DNA of 64,000 nucleotides, taken from contig NEEC01000002.1 in assembly GCA_002189035.1 (NCBI GenBank), positions 3,844,001-3,908,000 of the forward strand. The letters are read 5' to 3'. The translations under genes and the position numbers were made by a program. Under the pieces are notes generated by a model. It was not told the DNA's origin. It saw only the letters and a list, made by a program, of their open reading frames with translations, and searched no databases. Below are positions 9,614 to 22,215 of the stretch, one piece after another (the first letter of the stretch is position 1; the number at the start of each line of letters is the position of its first letter). The stretch comes from Utricularia gibba (Eukaryota > Plantae > Magnoliophyta).

Positions 9614-12600
9614 TTAGGCGTAGAACTTCCTTAGATGGGATGCATTCCACGACCTCAGGAGTTCCACGCCATCTAATTGTTCCAGGCGATATGCTCCTTT
9701 TCCGATCACCCTTGAAATCCGATAAGGGCCTTCCCAGTTGCGGTCTAATTTCCCGACGTGTCTTTGCAGTTGGACGCTTCGGAGCACCAAATCCCCCTCA
9801 TGGAATTCCCTTGGGGATACCGAGTTGTTGTAACTTTTCTCCGTTCTTCTCTGATAAGCCCCTAGTCGGCTATACATGCTTCGTCGCTTCTCTTCCAACA
9901 GCTCCAATTCTAGTTTTCGGAGTTCAGTATTCTCTACCTGGTAGCTCTTCAAGGTCAGTTCGATAAGGCATATGGCTTCTGAACCGTAAACCAATAAGAA
10001 TGGGGACTCCTCCGTGGTGGTTCGAGGGGTGGTGCGATATGACCACAGTACCTCATCTAAGCGATCTGCCCATGACCCTCCAAAATCTTCGAGCTTAGTT
10101 TTCATACCTAGTCGGAGCGTTCGGTTCGTTACCTCTGTGAGGCCATTGCTCTGCGGGTGATATAACGAAGTGAAGTTGTGCTTGACCAAATACTTATCCA
10201 GGAATGCATCCATTTTTCCTCCGATGAATTGAGTTCCGTTATCAGTCACTAGTTCTTGAGGGATTCCGAACCGGATGAATATGTTTTTCCACAGAAATCG
10301 GATAACAGTCTCCTCTGAAATCTTTGCCACGGCTTCAGCCTCTACCCACTTGGAAAAATACTCGACACCCACGATGACGAATTTCCTTTGACCCGAGGTG
10401 TGGGGAAAAGGCCCCATTATATCCACCCCCCATCGGTCGAAGGGGCAGGAAAGCGGGAGAGAGGTTTGTTTGCTTACTGGTTTCCTCGGTATATTTGCAT
10501 GGTATTGGCACACTTTGCACTTCTTCACCATATCGGTAATATCCTGCTTCATAGTTGGCCAGTAGTACCCGGTTCTTAGAACTTTCCGGCATAAGGATCG
10601 TATTCCAATATGGCTGCCGCATTCACCCTCATGTAGATCGGTTATGAGTTCTTGAGAATGCTTTGCCTCGATGCACCTCAATAAGGGTCCATCTAAGGAT
10701 TTGCGATAGAGAATTCTATTCACTAACGTATACCTCTTCACTCTAGTCTCTAACTGTCGGGCATTCGGCTTATCAGGTGGGGTTTTCCCATTTTGTAGAT
10801 ACCGGATGTAGGGCATCGTCCAGTCATCAAGGGGACTCAGTTGTGGAGAGATATTGTTTCCCGGTTGCTGTGTGATATGATTTACGGCTCGTAGGCTCAC
10901 CGAAGGTTGGTCCCGCAATCGAATTGTCACACTTCCTTCCCTTAACTCGTAAAACCCTACTGTGAATCGGGCGAGGCTATCTGCGGACCCATTTTTCTCA
11001 CGTGCTACGTGCGATAGGGTGAACTCCTTGAAGGTTTTAGCCAAGTCCTTCACCTGGGCACGGTACAGAGACATGGGGGAGTCATGGGTTTCGTATTCTC
11101 CCGAAACCTTCCCTTGCACAAGTTGCGAATCGGTGTAAACGTCGAGTTCTGCCACTCCCAACTCCTTGGCAATTTTCATTCCCTCAATCAGGGCTTCATA
11201 TTCGGCCACATTGTTAGAGGTAGGGAATAAGAATTTTACCATAATATAAATATGCTCTCCTTCTCGGGTCTTAATGTCTATTCCTCCTCCGGCACCGTTG
11301 TATGTTGAGCCATCCACGTGCATAGCCCATCGGTCGTTGGCTTCCATGAAACGGTCTATAGGTCTGGTCATTTTGACCACAAAATCAGCAAGAGGTTGGG
11401 CCTTGATTGCTGTTCTCGACTTAAACTCAATATCCATTGTACTTAATTCAACTGCCCATTTGGCAACCCTTCCGGAAATCTCTGGACGAGACAGGATGTT
11501 CTTCAGAGGCTGATTGGTGAATACCACAATGTGCCGATCTTGGAAATATGACCTCAAATTGGTGGCTGCCATCTTCAGAGCCAAGATGAATTTCTCTGTC
11601 ACCGTATAGCGGGTTTCGGCCGATAACAAAACTTTGCTTACATAATACACCGGCAAATGATTATTTGCCGAGATGGTTGTCAAGACTGCGCTGACTGCGA
11701 CGGGCGATATAGACAGATATAGTCCTAAGGGCTCCCCTACTTTCGGAGCCACAAGAAGCGGGGGTGATGAGAGGTATTTCTTGAGTTTCTCAAAAGCAAT
11801 ATGGCAATCCTCGTTCCATTCTAAAGTACTTCCCTTTCGCTAGACCTTGAAGAAGGATGCCGACTTATCGGCTGACCGAGATATGAAACGGCTGAGGGCA
11901 GCCAATTTACCCGTGAGGCTCTGGTATTCCTTGATTGTCCTCGGGGTTGCATTTCGCATATTGCCTTAATCTTCTCGGGGTCAGCCTCGATTCTTCTCTC
12001 CGATACGTAATACCCAAGGAATTTTCCACTTTGCACCCCGAAACAACATTTCAATGGGTTGAGCTTTAACCCATATGACCGACATAAAGAGAAACACGAA
12101 TCCAAATACGCTAAATGGTCTTCTTCATTCATAGATTTCACGATCATATCGTCCACATACACCTCCATTGAAGTACTGATTTCAGAAGAGAATATTTTAT
12201 TTACCAACCTCTGGTAAGTCGCCCTAGCGTTCTTCAATCCGAAAGGCATTGCCATGTAGCAGTAAACTCCATCCTTAGTGTAGAAGGTGGTTTTCAGTTG
12301 GTCTTTCTCGGCCACGAAAATTTGATGATACCCCGAATAGGCATCCATGGTGCTCAGAAATCGGGATCTGGCAATGGTGTCCACTAGCTTGTTGATCTTT
12401 GGCAAAGGATAAAGGTCCCTTTCGCAGCAGGTGTTGAGGTCGATGAAGTCAATGCACATCCTCCATTTTCCCCCGGGCTTCGGGACAACGACCGGGTTGG
12501 CTACCCATTCGGAGTACTGGATCTCCTTCACATAACCAGCTTCCAAGAGCTCTCTTGTTTTTTCTTTGATAATTCAGCACTTTTCCTCTGAGAAATGTCG

Positions 12601-15024
12601 TTGCTTCTGCCGAATCGATTTTGCCCCCGGGAGGTATCAATGTGATGTTCGGCAACGGATCGATCAATGCCTACAAAATCCGCAGCAATCCAGGCAAAAA
12701 TATCGGTGTTCTTCATCAAAAGTTCAACTAACCTTTTCTTGAATCTAGCGTCTAGATTGACACCGACGCGGGTGGCTTTCTGCGCATCTTCTGGTATTAG
12801 TTGCACCGACTTGTACCCTACTGGTTCCATTGCTTGTCTAGGGGGTTCCTTTTCTACCATCATTACTCTCGACTTCTTCGCGAAGGGGTCCCGACAAGAA
12901 GATACATAACAGGATCGGGCGGTGGGTTGGTCGATACCCATCGTGCAAATGCCCTTCGATGTTGGGAATTTGATTTTCAAATGCACAGTGGAGGGTAACA
13001 TACCGAATTGGTTGATGCCAGGTCGCCCGAGGATGATGTTGTACGAGATCTCTGAATCTAGGATTAAGAATTCCAACCTTTCGGTTCGGCTCCGCCCTGC
13101 CGCTCCGAATGTTACGGGTAGAGTTATTTTCCCGATAGTTTGCACGGCCCGCTGGTCGAATGCGTACAACTCCATGCGCACATGGCGAATATTTCCCTCG
13201 TTAGATGACGCCAGTAACTCGGCCACTTCCTTCTTCATGATGTTGCACGAGGATCCTTGATCGACAAGGATCCTCCTTACCTTGGTGCTCCCGCATATTC
13301 CTGACACCACCAAGGGCTCATCTCTCGTGGCTGGGCCAACCGGGTCGTCTCTGCTGGAGAAGCTGATTTCTTCCTTTTCCCAAGCATCTTTCTCAGTCGG
13401 ATCATTTCCGATTTCGAAAACTTCTCTTCTGACTTCATCCAAATATCTCTTCCGTTCCTTTCCGGACACATCCATCTCGGTTCCTCCGGATATCATATGG
13501 ATTTCCCGAATATAGGGGGGACTACTCTGCATTTGATGGGCATTCCGTGAACTTTCCGGTATGTCTTGTCCTTCTCTAAGATTCGGTTCCCTGTTGGCTC
13601 GCGAGTTCGCCATCCCCGGTTTCGGAGGGAATTTCGGATATCGGTTCTCCTCGTTCCCCCTTCGCTCGTTACGTCCTCTTTTCCGGTCCGTCATTGATGC
13701 GGGGTTCCACATCGCGTTGTTCATCCCTCGACCAGCATGATACTGCTCGATCATCCTCTTCATCAGTCGGCAGTGGCAGTATCATGCCCGGTGGTTTTGT
13801 GTATTTCGCAGTAGGCATCTGTTCTGGTTGGTTCCACCTGATATACTTCACGGCGCTTATTCGGCCTGGGTCCCCGGTTAAGTTGGGTCTCCTGTTGTGG
13901 GACTGGACGAATCTCCACGCGGCTTTTCATCTCGGCCCTGAGGTCGTCATCCACTCGGATGTACTTCATGATTTTCCTTAGCAATTCTCCGAGATTCTTT
14001 GGTGGGGACTTCGATAGGCTCTGTCCCAATTTCGACGTTCCTAAGGCCCGCTTCATTATTTCCACCCTTTCTTTTAAATCCAATTGGACATCCTGCGCCA
14101 GCAGTTGAATCGATCAATGAATCTTCGCAAGCTCTCTTTTCGGTGGTCATATCGAATAGAGTATAGTGATGCCTTCGAAGGTGGAGCTTCAATGTTAACA
14201 GCGTATCGGGTAGTGAAGAGCAGTATTAGTTCCCGATAAGATGCCACGCTGCATGGTTCCAGCTGTTTAAACCAAGTTTTCGCTCCTTTCTGGAGCGAGC
14301 AAGCAAACAGCTTACACTTCATGGCCTCTGAATGTCGAACTGTGGACATCTTCATATCGAAGTCGGTTACATGCGATATGGGGTCCCCTTTTCCGTCATA
14401 CGTGGGTAATCCGTCCGGGACCCTTAATCCTCTCTCGGGCTCTTCTCCGACTAAATCGTCTGAGAAAGGGTCAAAACGCAGCGTTGTGGTTCCAGCTGCT
14501 CCCTCAACTCCACTCTTCAAGGCCAAAGCAATATCGGCCAAAACGTCTCCTTTTCCAGTGGATACGTTCTGATCGAAAACGTCCCTGAAGCCTCTATCCT
14601 CTCTTCTTCCTGGCAACGTCCGCTTGTCGATAAACCTTTTCCTTTCGTGGATCTAGTCTAATTCTCTTTTCAACTCTTCATCTCTTTCTTCCAAGATTTT
14701 GCTAGTCATCTTCTCCCTGTTAGTTCCTGGCTCATACACGACTTGGTTGCGCCTCTTTCTCCGCAGCATTTGCTCCTCGGTTTCGGATTCAGTCTCCGTA
14801 TCTGGGGGGTACTCCGGAATAAGAGGTTGCTTCCCCGTTCGTGGTGCGGTTTCGGGTGTTCTCTCCTGGGCGTTGGAGTTGAGACCTAAAGGTGCCCGGA
14901 GGTCGGTAAGGATTTCCGTTAGCAGGGCCTTCAGTCGCTCCCTCCTAGTGATCATAAGGCCGGGATCTCGAGCGTCGGCACTTCCGTCATGAGCCGGGTC
15001 GGTGGCTGTGCTATTTTCCGCCAT
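9614..15024 (-). pseudogene. Retand gag-pol (gag, aspartic protease, RT, RH, aRH, integrase), broken by frameshifts
   Basis: gag LPTYDGKGDPISHV; protease ILVDQGSS; RT MDAYSGYHQI and VYVDDMIV; aRH MHVDGS...NNVAEYEALI...TDSQLV; integrase HEGECGSH...CKVCQ, WGVDIMGPF and TDNGTQF. The 9614-11752 ORF (712 aa) is uninterrupted. Confidence 0.95.
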
Positions 15025-15080
15025 GACTCGTGATTAGCGAGTGGCTCCTGTGGGTTTCTCAAATGGGACTGTGGAACGTT

Positions 15081-15098
15081 GCCCCACGGTGGGCACCA
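15081..15098 (-). other. Primer binding site, tRNA-Lys(CUU)
   Basis: The plus strand GCCCCACGGTGGGCACCA matches the plant tRNA-Lys(CUU) 3' end (GCCCCACGGTGGGCGCCA) with one mismatch, 4 nt from the 5' LTR. Confidence 0.85.
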
Positions 15099-15102
15099 AA
15101 TA

Positions 15103-15634
15103 TGTTATGAGTGAAATCGGTATCCGGTGAGAGGCCGATTTTAGGTGATAGGCGCGGTCGGGAATGCGACACTTAGTCACCTTCTTCACGGCTAGTACGA
15201 TTAAAATAAGAGTGCACAGGGATTTTTTTACGTGGAAACCGCCGGAGAGCGGAAAAACCACGGAGCTGCTGGAGCTCGTCGGAAAAGAGTTTCACTAGGC
15301 GGAGGTCGCGAAAAAGGAGAATACAACTTGAAGAAATCTTTTTTGAGTCCAACCCCTCTCTTGTCATAATTCCGTCTATTTATAGGAGAGCTCACTCTGA
15401 CCGAATTTTGGTGTCTGCAAACATCGGTTGCTTTCTGCTCCTGCTATACGATCTCGCTTTTCAGGTATCGGCCGCATGTTATGCCGTAATTCAGCCGCTT
15501 TTCAGGCTGTGTCATATGCCCATTCCTGTCAGATTTCTGACAGACGTCGATCTGTCGTCTGGCGTTATCCCCTTGGGATCTCTTTTGGCAGCCTTTTGGG
15601 AACCGATTACCCTTGGCCGATTTTTCCCTTATCA
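15103..15634 (-). repeat. Retand 5' LTR (532 bp)
   Basis: TG...CA termini, adjacent PBS, and the TSD immediately outside. Confidence 0.92.
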
Positions 15635-16555
15635 GACATATTTCTGTTCTAAAAGAGCATTTTGTTGGTGTGTATGTGGGCAAGAAACATAGTATGTAAT
15701 ACCTGCCTGATTAACATAACGATGTAAACAATGATATTCCCCTCCCCAATCAGATTGAACAGAACAGATGGTGTGCCCTAGTAGATGCTCAACATGTTCT
15801 TGGAAAGTCAAAAAAATGTGCTCAACATCAGATTTAGTTTTGAGAAAATCAATCCATGTGAATCTACTATAATCATCCACAAAACTAACATAATATTTGA
15901 AACCATTAATAGAAGTAATAGCAGCACCCCAAACATTAGTACGCATGAGTTCTAAAGGTTTAAGAGAAATATGAGAGGGAAAAAAAGGTAATTGATGAAC
16001 CTTTGCTTGTTGACATGCATCACAAACATTGGGCATGTTGGTCGACCCTTCAACAAGGTTATTGACTTTCAAAATAGTACGAGTAATAGGGAAAGAGGGA
16101 TGTCCTAGTCAGCGGTGCCACAACTCCCTAGAGAGTTGGGTTGAGGCAAGTGCTTTGCTGGACCCCTTATTTGATAGGAAGTAGAGCTCATCTCTACATT
16201 CGCCTTGAAGGAGGATGTTCTTCGAGACCTGATCCTTAACAAAGAAGCAGGATGGATGAAATTCGACAAAGACGTTATTATCACTCACAAGTTTATGGAT
16301 AAAGAGGAGGTGCCTATTTATTTTGGGACACAAAGGATATTTTTCAAAAATAAGGGGTCGTGTGGCAGCAGCAATGAATGACTTTCCTACATGAGAAATG
16401 GACAAACATGTGCCATTAGCAACTTGGACCTGGTCATTTCCCATTGTAGCAATCTTTCACGGAGAGACGTTCAAGGTCATTGGTAATGTTATCGTTGGCT
16501 CCAGTGTCAACGTACCAACTTGAGTCAACTGCATAGTTGCCAACAACAGTGGTAG
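15635..16555 (-). pseudogene. Copia protease, GAG-pre-integrase and N-terminal integrase (inverted segment)
   Basis: WYVDTGANDNIT, CDACQQAK, FVDDYSRFTWI, VQSDWGGEY and HTHQQN on the minus strand. Confidence 0.9.
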
Positions 16556-17840
16556 TAATAAACGGAAATTCCTAATATCGTTGTAATAAAAATAGAAATC
16601 CGTATCAAATAAATTTATAATTTCTAATCTACACAAAATACAAATTTAGAAAACTTGTATGGTGGTTATTGGGGTCGATCACGAAGAGTTGGTGCTTGCT
16701 AAGTGTTTTAGTAAATGCATAATTCGGAATAACAATGGTCTTAGTCCAAGCTCGGACCAACAGTGGTAAACAAGTTCGGTAAACAAGATCAGGTTTCAAT
16801 ACGAAAGATAATAAGTACTAGTTCTAACTCAGAATAACACGAAAATGCATTAAGGTCTGCAGGTGGTGTCATGCTAAAGTGCCTAATTTAATTTACCATG
16901 TTCCTACATTTACAACTTCAAATAACCTAAATCTACCCAGGTCATTCATCATGTTTTCGACTAAGCTAGTCCCCAATATCATAACCAACATTGCAATTAG
17001 GTCTACCCGCATGCAAAACATATAGAACTAGATCTATCCGATCCTACTGGTTCTATCCTGGACTAACACCTACTGCTCCCATCTTGATTTGTTGGTCTAT
17101 CTTTAAATCAAACATCTAAGTTGTGAAGTTACTTGTTCCCCTCCTTAGGTCTACCCATGGATTGATAGAAACAAGAGCTAAGAAACAAACATAAATTTCA
17201 TTATTAACCCTAAGCACACAACACCATACTTTACCTCAAGGCATCCTTAAGACTTTAGCCGCTCATGCTTGGAAAATAAGACACGATTTCATTTAGGTAA
17301 GTTGGTGAAAATAACAGGAACATTGTAAGCAAGTCAAATACAGAAACTCGAAACGTTCAGAAAACGGAAAGCAAATAAAGATTGTTCTGTCGCCCTGTTG
17401 CTACTGTTCATAGCCCGGAACAGTAGTGCTAGACTGGGCTCTGGTGCTGCTCTTGATGATGAAGGCCTCCTTCTCCTCTTCTGTTTGGTATTTTTCACAT
17501 TGGGGGAGAAGCCCCCTTGCGTACGTTCTGTGCTCTCTCTTCTCCCTTCTCCAAAAATATCTTCACATCTTTTTTCCATTTTTCAAAATCAATCTACTGT
17601 TCCTGACATTTGTATTATTGTGAGCCTGAACTTGCAGATTGTAGGTGGCTTAACATTAATCATGTCTCCTCCTTGTGTCTTGTGCCCATTCGAATTGTGC
17701 TCATAAACTAGCTAAATGTGATCCACAATACTGCTGTTAACACTTGGAAGAATATTAGAAATCATAATATAGACTAAATTATTGATTTAGTCTATATTAT
17801 GCATAAAAATACAAATAACACTACAATTAATAAAATATTA
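16556..17840 (-). repeat. Athila-family LTR (family X, copy 1), truncated at its 5' end
   Basis: Homologous to 53034-54432 and 60937-62419. It lacks the last ~45 bp (…GTGTCATCA), has no matching TSD on the right, and ends at the inversion junction. Confidence 0.8.
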
Positions 17841-18150
17841 AAAATCATTGATTGCAAACATTACTGCTAAGCTCATTTGGATACAAGCTCTTTTGAAGGA
17901 ACTTGATGTGTTTCAAACTTAGCCCCCAATCTTGTGGTGTGATAATCTTGGTGCAACCTATCTCACGGCCAATCCAATCTTCCATACTTGCACCAAGCAT
18001 GTTGAAATTGATTTTCATTTTGTTTGAGAGCAGGTTACATGCAAAGCACTGGAAGTTCGCTTCATCTCCACTAAAGATCAGTTGGCTGACGTATTTACAA
18101 AGGTATTGTCCAAGATATCGATTGAAGCTGTCTGTTACAATCTCAACATT
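17841..18150 (+). pseudogene. Copia RNase H (original orientation)
   Basis: LIWIQALLKEL...[31 protein letters not shown]...FISTKDQLADVFTK on +, with stops. Confidence 0.88.
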
Positions 18151-18176
18151 CGGTGACGATTGCGATCGAGGGGGCA

Positions 18177-18391
18177 TGTTAAAAGTAACCACGTGTGACC
18201 AAGTGTGAAACTCCTAACCACTAAGACCGAGTATTACGGCACCATGGCTACCACCGCTTCCCACTCCAACTTCCCTCACATTCCTCAGATTCCTCCTTTA
18301 TTTTCTAACCAACACCTGTGTATAAACACCATTGAATGATGAGACAAGTATGCTCTCTTTTAATACAAAATTATTATTCTGAATTTTTTCA
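18177..18391 (+). repeat. 3' LTR of the Ale-like copia
   Basis: Preceded by the PPT, has TG...CA termini, and is followed by the CAACT TSD. Confidence 0.9.
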
Positions 18392-19099
18392 CAACTTAGG
18401 TATCACATTATTTCTACAATTATTTTTGTGTTACTAGTAAAGTTATAAATGATTTTCGATCATATTTCTCGATTAAAATATATGAAATACTAATTTGTAT
18501 TAAAAGTATTATATTTATGTTTATATTCAAGTACTACCTTGTTTATGCTTATGTTAAAATATAAGTATATTATATTTTTTCATAAAAATTCGTAAATGAT
18601 CATGAACTTTAAATAAATGAACATGAACAAAATTTTTATTCAATTAACTTAAATAAAAAAATATGAATAAATTTTTTATTCGATAAATTTAAACAAAAGA
18701 ATACAAACATAGATATTCGTGTTTTTTTGTTCAATATAACATCCCTAGCACAAATACAAGGAACTTGGAATATTTCTTACACTTCAAGGGTGAAATTTTT
18801 TTGGAAATTAACCAACAAAGGCACATAATCCTTAAGAAATGCACATCAAGTTTAAATTTAGATTTTCTTGAAAATCATTTTTCATTTCTTTATGATAGTC
18901 ATACAAATTGAATAAAATTAATATATATATATATATAAATATATTAAAGTAATTACTAAACTAAATTAAATATAACAATGTGGAAGTGAAACTTACCTCA
19001 AGAAATAATTTAAAAGTTAACATATATAAATTTTTTGATTTTGAATATGAAATTAATTTTTTTAATATATTCACAATAAAATACTCAAGGTATATTCAT

Positions 19100-20780
19100 A
19101 TTTGTTCATAAGCATGAAACAATTTATTCAAAACCTTTCTAATATAATCCAAAATTCCCTTTATAATTATAAGGATCAAGTTATGTATAACAATAAGATT
19201 AATATAATACTCATTTTAGTACTTATGAAATATATCTTCTCTGCTTTTTTCCAATCATGTGTAACTACACTAATTGAAGAGTTTTTAGTATTATAACATA
19301 ACGTAATGATTACAAGATAATACTTTAACATATTTTGTAACATTAAATATGTGAAATTCATTTAGTTGATATATCTATCTTCAATAAACTTCCACCAACA
19401 TTTTTCTAGTGTGTATCTTGGATGCATTTATCAAGTTATCAAATTTTTTTCTTATAAATATCTTACATATTTAACATGGTATCTAAGTATCTTCAAAGCA
19501 ATATTTATCACTTTCAACTCAATAATCAATGATACAATGTGATAATAATATGCTTGAATTTATTCACCAATCTCTCAATACTCCCTATAATTTTATAATT
19601 AGTAACTCTTTAATATGTAGACCATTCAATTTTAAAAATGTAAACAATTTAGAGCTTTATTTCCAATGCTCATGAATATATAGAATAGTGATATCTTTTA
19701 TAGTAACAATTGTCCAAACATATAATGTCAAACAATTCATCTATAAATAGAGGACAATGAAGATTCAAATCTTTACTTTCTTTAGCATAAATTTTTATGC
19801 AATCAGCTTTTGTAATTATTGTACTAATAAATTTAAAATCAAGATTAAGAACTTGATTTTTAATATTAACATCTTCATATTCATTATAAGTAAAAGAAAG
19901 ATCATGGTTCTTGCCACTGAATCGAAATGCCTTATGTTAAATTTCACGTAACTTACCAATATAGTTTGGTCACTAAGCAAAAAAATTATATCATTAAATT
20001 TTAGATTTTATATGACTTTGAATTTTTTATGCAATAGTTGTGATTGTATATCCTTACCCTTCAGTTTTTTGATATTTTCAAAATGATTTCATATTTCAAA
20101 TTTAGGTCTTTAATAATAGAATATTACCACTGATGTCTTCTAAATTCTTTATCATAGAAGTTGTAACAAATGCAAAATATTATCCCAAATTTGCAAAGTA
20201 AAACTACATTCTTCTAAATTATCAAATTTCATATTAATAAGCACAAATAAACCTTTAAAATAATTTGTACACTAATTTTGAAGAACCATATTTAATATTC
20301 TAATAATAACCAAAATAATTAAATTACTAAATATATTAATTAAATAGTGTAAAAAAGTCATATTCTAATGCAATCATCATCAAATTTGCTATAAAAATTA
20401 AAATTCAAATAAATTAGCATACTAGAAAATAGCAAACATATTAATGTAATAAAATAAGAATATTTACAATGCATATAAAGAGATAACTTATCTACGATTT
20501 TCTTTTTAAATTAGGAAACTCAAGATTTTAGAATTATAAATTTAAAAAAACAAGTAACAAAAACCTTTTTTTCTGAATTCTTCAAATATCAAAAAGCGTA
20601 TAATATCTTCAAATAAAAAAAAAGAATGATATTGAAGATTGACTACTGTTTGGCTACTATCATTTTAACACAAGTGTATTCAATACTAATAGAATAATTA
20701 TTGCGAAGGTTGCCATTTATGAAGGATTTTGCAATAGTAATTGAAGCCACATTTTTGGCATATAAAATCCTTACATTCAA
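19100..20780 (-). mobile_element. Highly degenerate hAT (Ac-like) transposase remnant
   Basis: Broken motifs TITKADCIKIY (cf. SRNTIKxDC), HEHWK (cf. FIDDxWKL), DISTK*NFTYLML (cf. DxxTRWNSTYLML) and an LDP-like segment near 19220. Possible BED-finger remnant near 20700. Confidence 0.55.
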
Positions 20781-22215
20781 TTTTGGTCTTAGGCCCACAC
20801 GGCTTCTTGGTCCTAAGCTTAATCAGGCTTAAAGGCTTTTGATAGTAATTTTGCAATTACATATAAACCGTCGAAATAATAAAATAAGATTGTATTTATA
20901 AAATGAGGACTCAAAACAACTAAAAAAAAAAGAAAGACCGATTTTAAAAGAGATATAAAAAGTGGCTTTGGATGTAGAATCCACAATACTCAAAACTCAT
21001 CCATATCTATGTATGCAAACTTTGAGCACTGAGGTGCTTGGATAAGTTTTGGTGTGTTATTTTAAATAGTCCTATTCAGTCATCGTTATATCACCGTCTC
21101 TCATTTAATAGGATTATAGAATTAACCACGTCACTAGAACTATTTTATCTATTATGATAATCCATGTTTTCCCCACAATCAAATCTAACCTCTACACCTC
21201 ATACCACACACATAGATTACACAAAATGTGTTTTATCAATGATATATGATTGAGCCATTCTCCTTAGGTGTTTGAGGCCAATCCAAGATTCTCCCACACT
21301 CTATTAAAGTTATAAGATACTTAAGAGCACGTTGGTAAGATATAGTAAAACAGTCACAAGGAAGGTTTTACCGTAGATCTTTAGTTGCAAGCAAACATGG
21401 CTTCACTACAGATCCTTAACCACAAGCACCTATACGTGTACACTTTACTCTAACATGAAAATAAATACGAAAAATAAGGAAAAATACAAAAGAAAACTAG
21501 TCCAAAGATGTCTATAATGGTTGAGAGAGTGGGATATATATAGGAGAAAAGATTCATGTCTTCGTATTGGACTTAGATGATGGGTTTGGATAAAATATTC
21601 TATCCAAATATTTTATTTAGACATTCCAAGATTATTTTCAAATATTTATCTTATTCATGAATCTTTCACCAAATCTATAAATTATTGGATCTTGTTTTTT
21701 CCTCAAATTGATCCAAAGATACTTTAAAAATCTATAAAATACAATTTCTCTTCAAAAAAATCAAGGTAGTGTAAAAGATGTAAAATCAATTGAAAATAAT
21801 GAGAAAGTGGAGTATAACGTAAGAAAAACAACACTCAAGATTAATGAAAGAATATGTTTTGGAATGATACAAAATCACTTATCGACTTTGAGGCTATGGC
21901 CAAAAGATGTAATAATTTTTACACGTCAACCATTAGGAATGGCAAATAAATGAAACCATTAGATATCCTACCCTTCCCAAATTGTGAGTGTTGGATTTTT
22001 CATGGGTTTAGAGAGGGTGAGGGTTTGAAAATTTCCAACACATGGTGAGGTCGGGTGAATGTGGAGTTATTATTAAGTTTGTGCCCATGCCATTGCCATT
22101 AACTAATTCTAAAATAATACATTGTATATTGATATATATTATATATAATATCATGCTATTTAATTAAAGCTCAAATTCGTGTTCAAGCCCAAATAGAAAT
22201 TTAAGTCCATTTTGT

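Larger units (their letters stand above)
5713..15634 (-). mobile_element. Ty3/gypsy Tat/Retand retrotransposon nested in the copia
   Basis: LTRs at 5713-6180 and 15103-15634. TSD GACAT at 5708-5712 and 15635-15639. tRNA-Lys PBS. gag-PR-RT-RH-aRH-INT order with a second (archaeal/plant-type) RNase H, plus an antisense ORF region 3' of pol. Confidence 0.93.
4331..18391 (+). mobile_element. Ty1/copia (Ale/Retrofit-like) element with internally inverted pol and nested insertions
   Basis: Direct LTRs at 4331-~4527 and 18177-18391 (TG...CA). TSD CAACT at 4326-4330 and 18392-18396. PPT GAGGGGG at 18168-18174. RNase H lies on +, while PR, INT and RT lie on -. Confidence 0.88.

Noticed and set aside
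9445-14992. Many plus-strand ORFs opposite Retand gag-pol (e.g. 9445-9966, 12922-13260)
   Set aside because: Shadow frames of a GC-rich coding strand with no independent motifs.
20900-22200. LTR-like or TE-like sequence between the hAT remnant and the copia at 22216
   Set aside because: No termini, TSD, PBS or coding motif could be identified.
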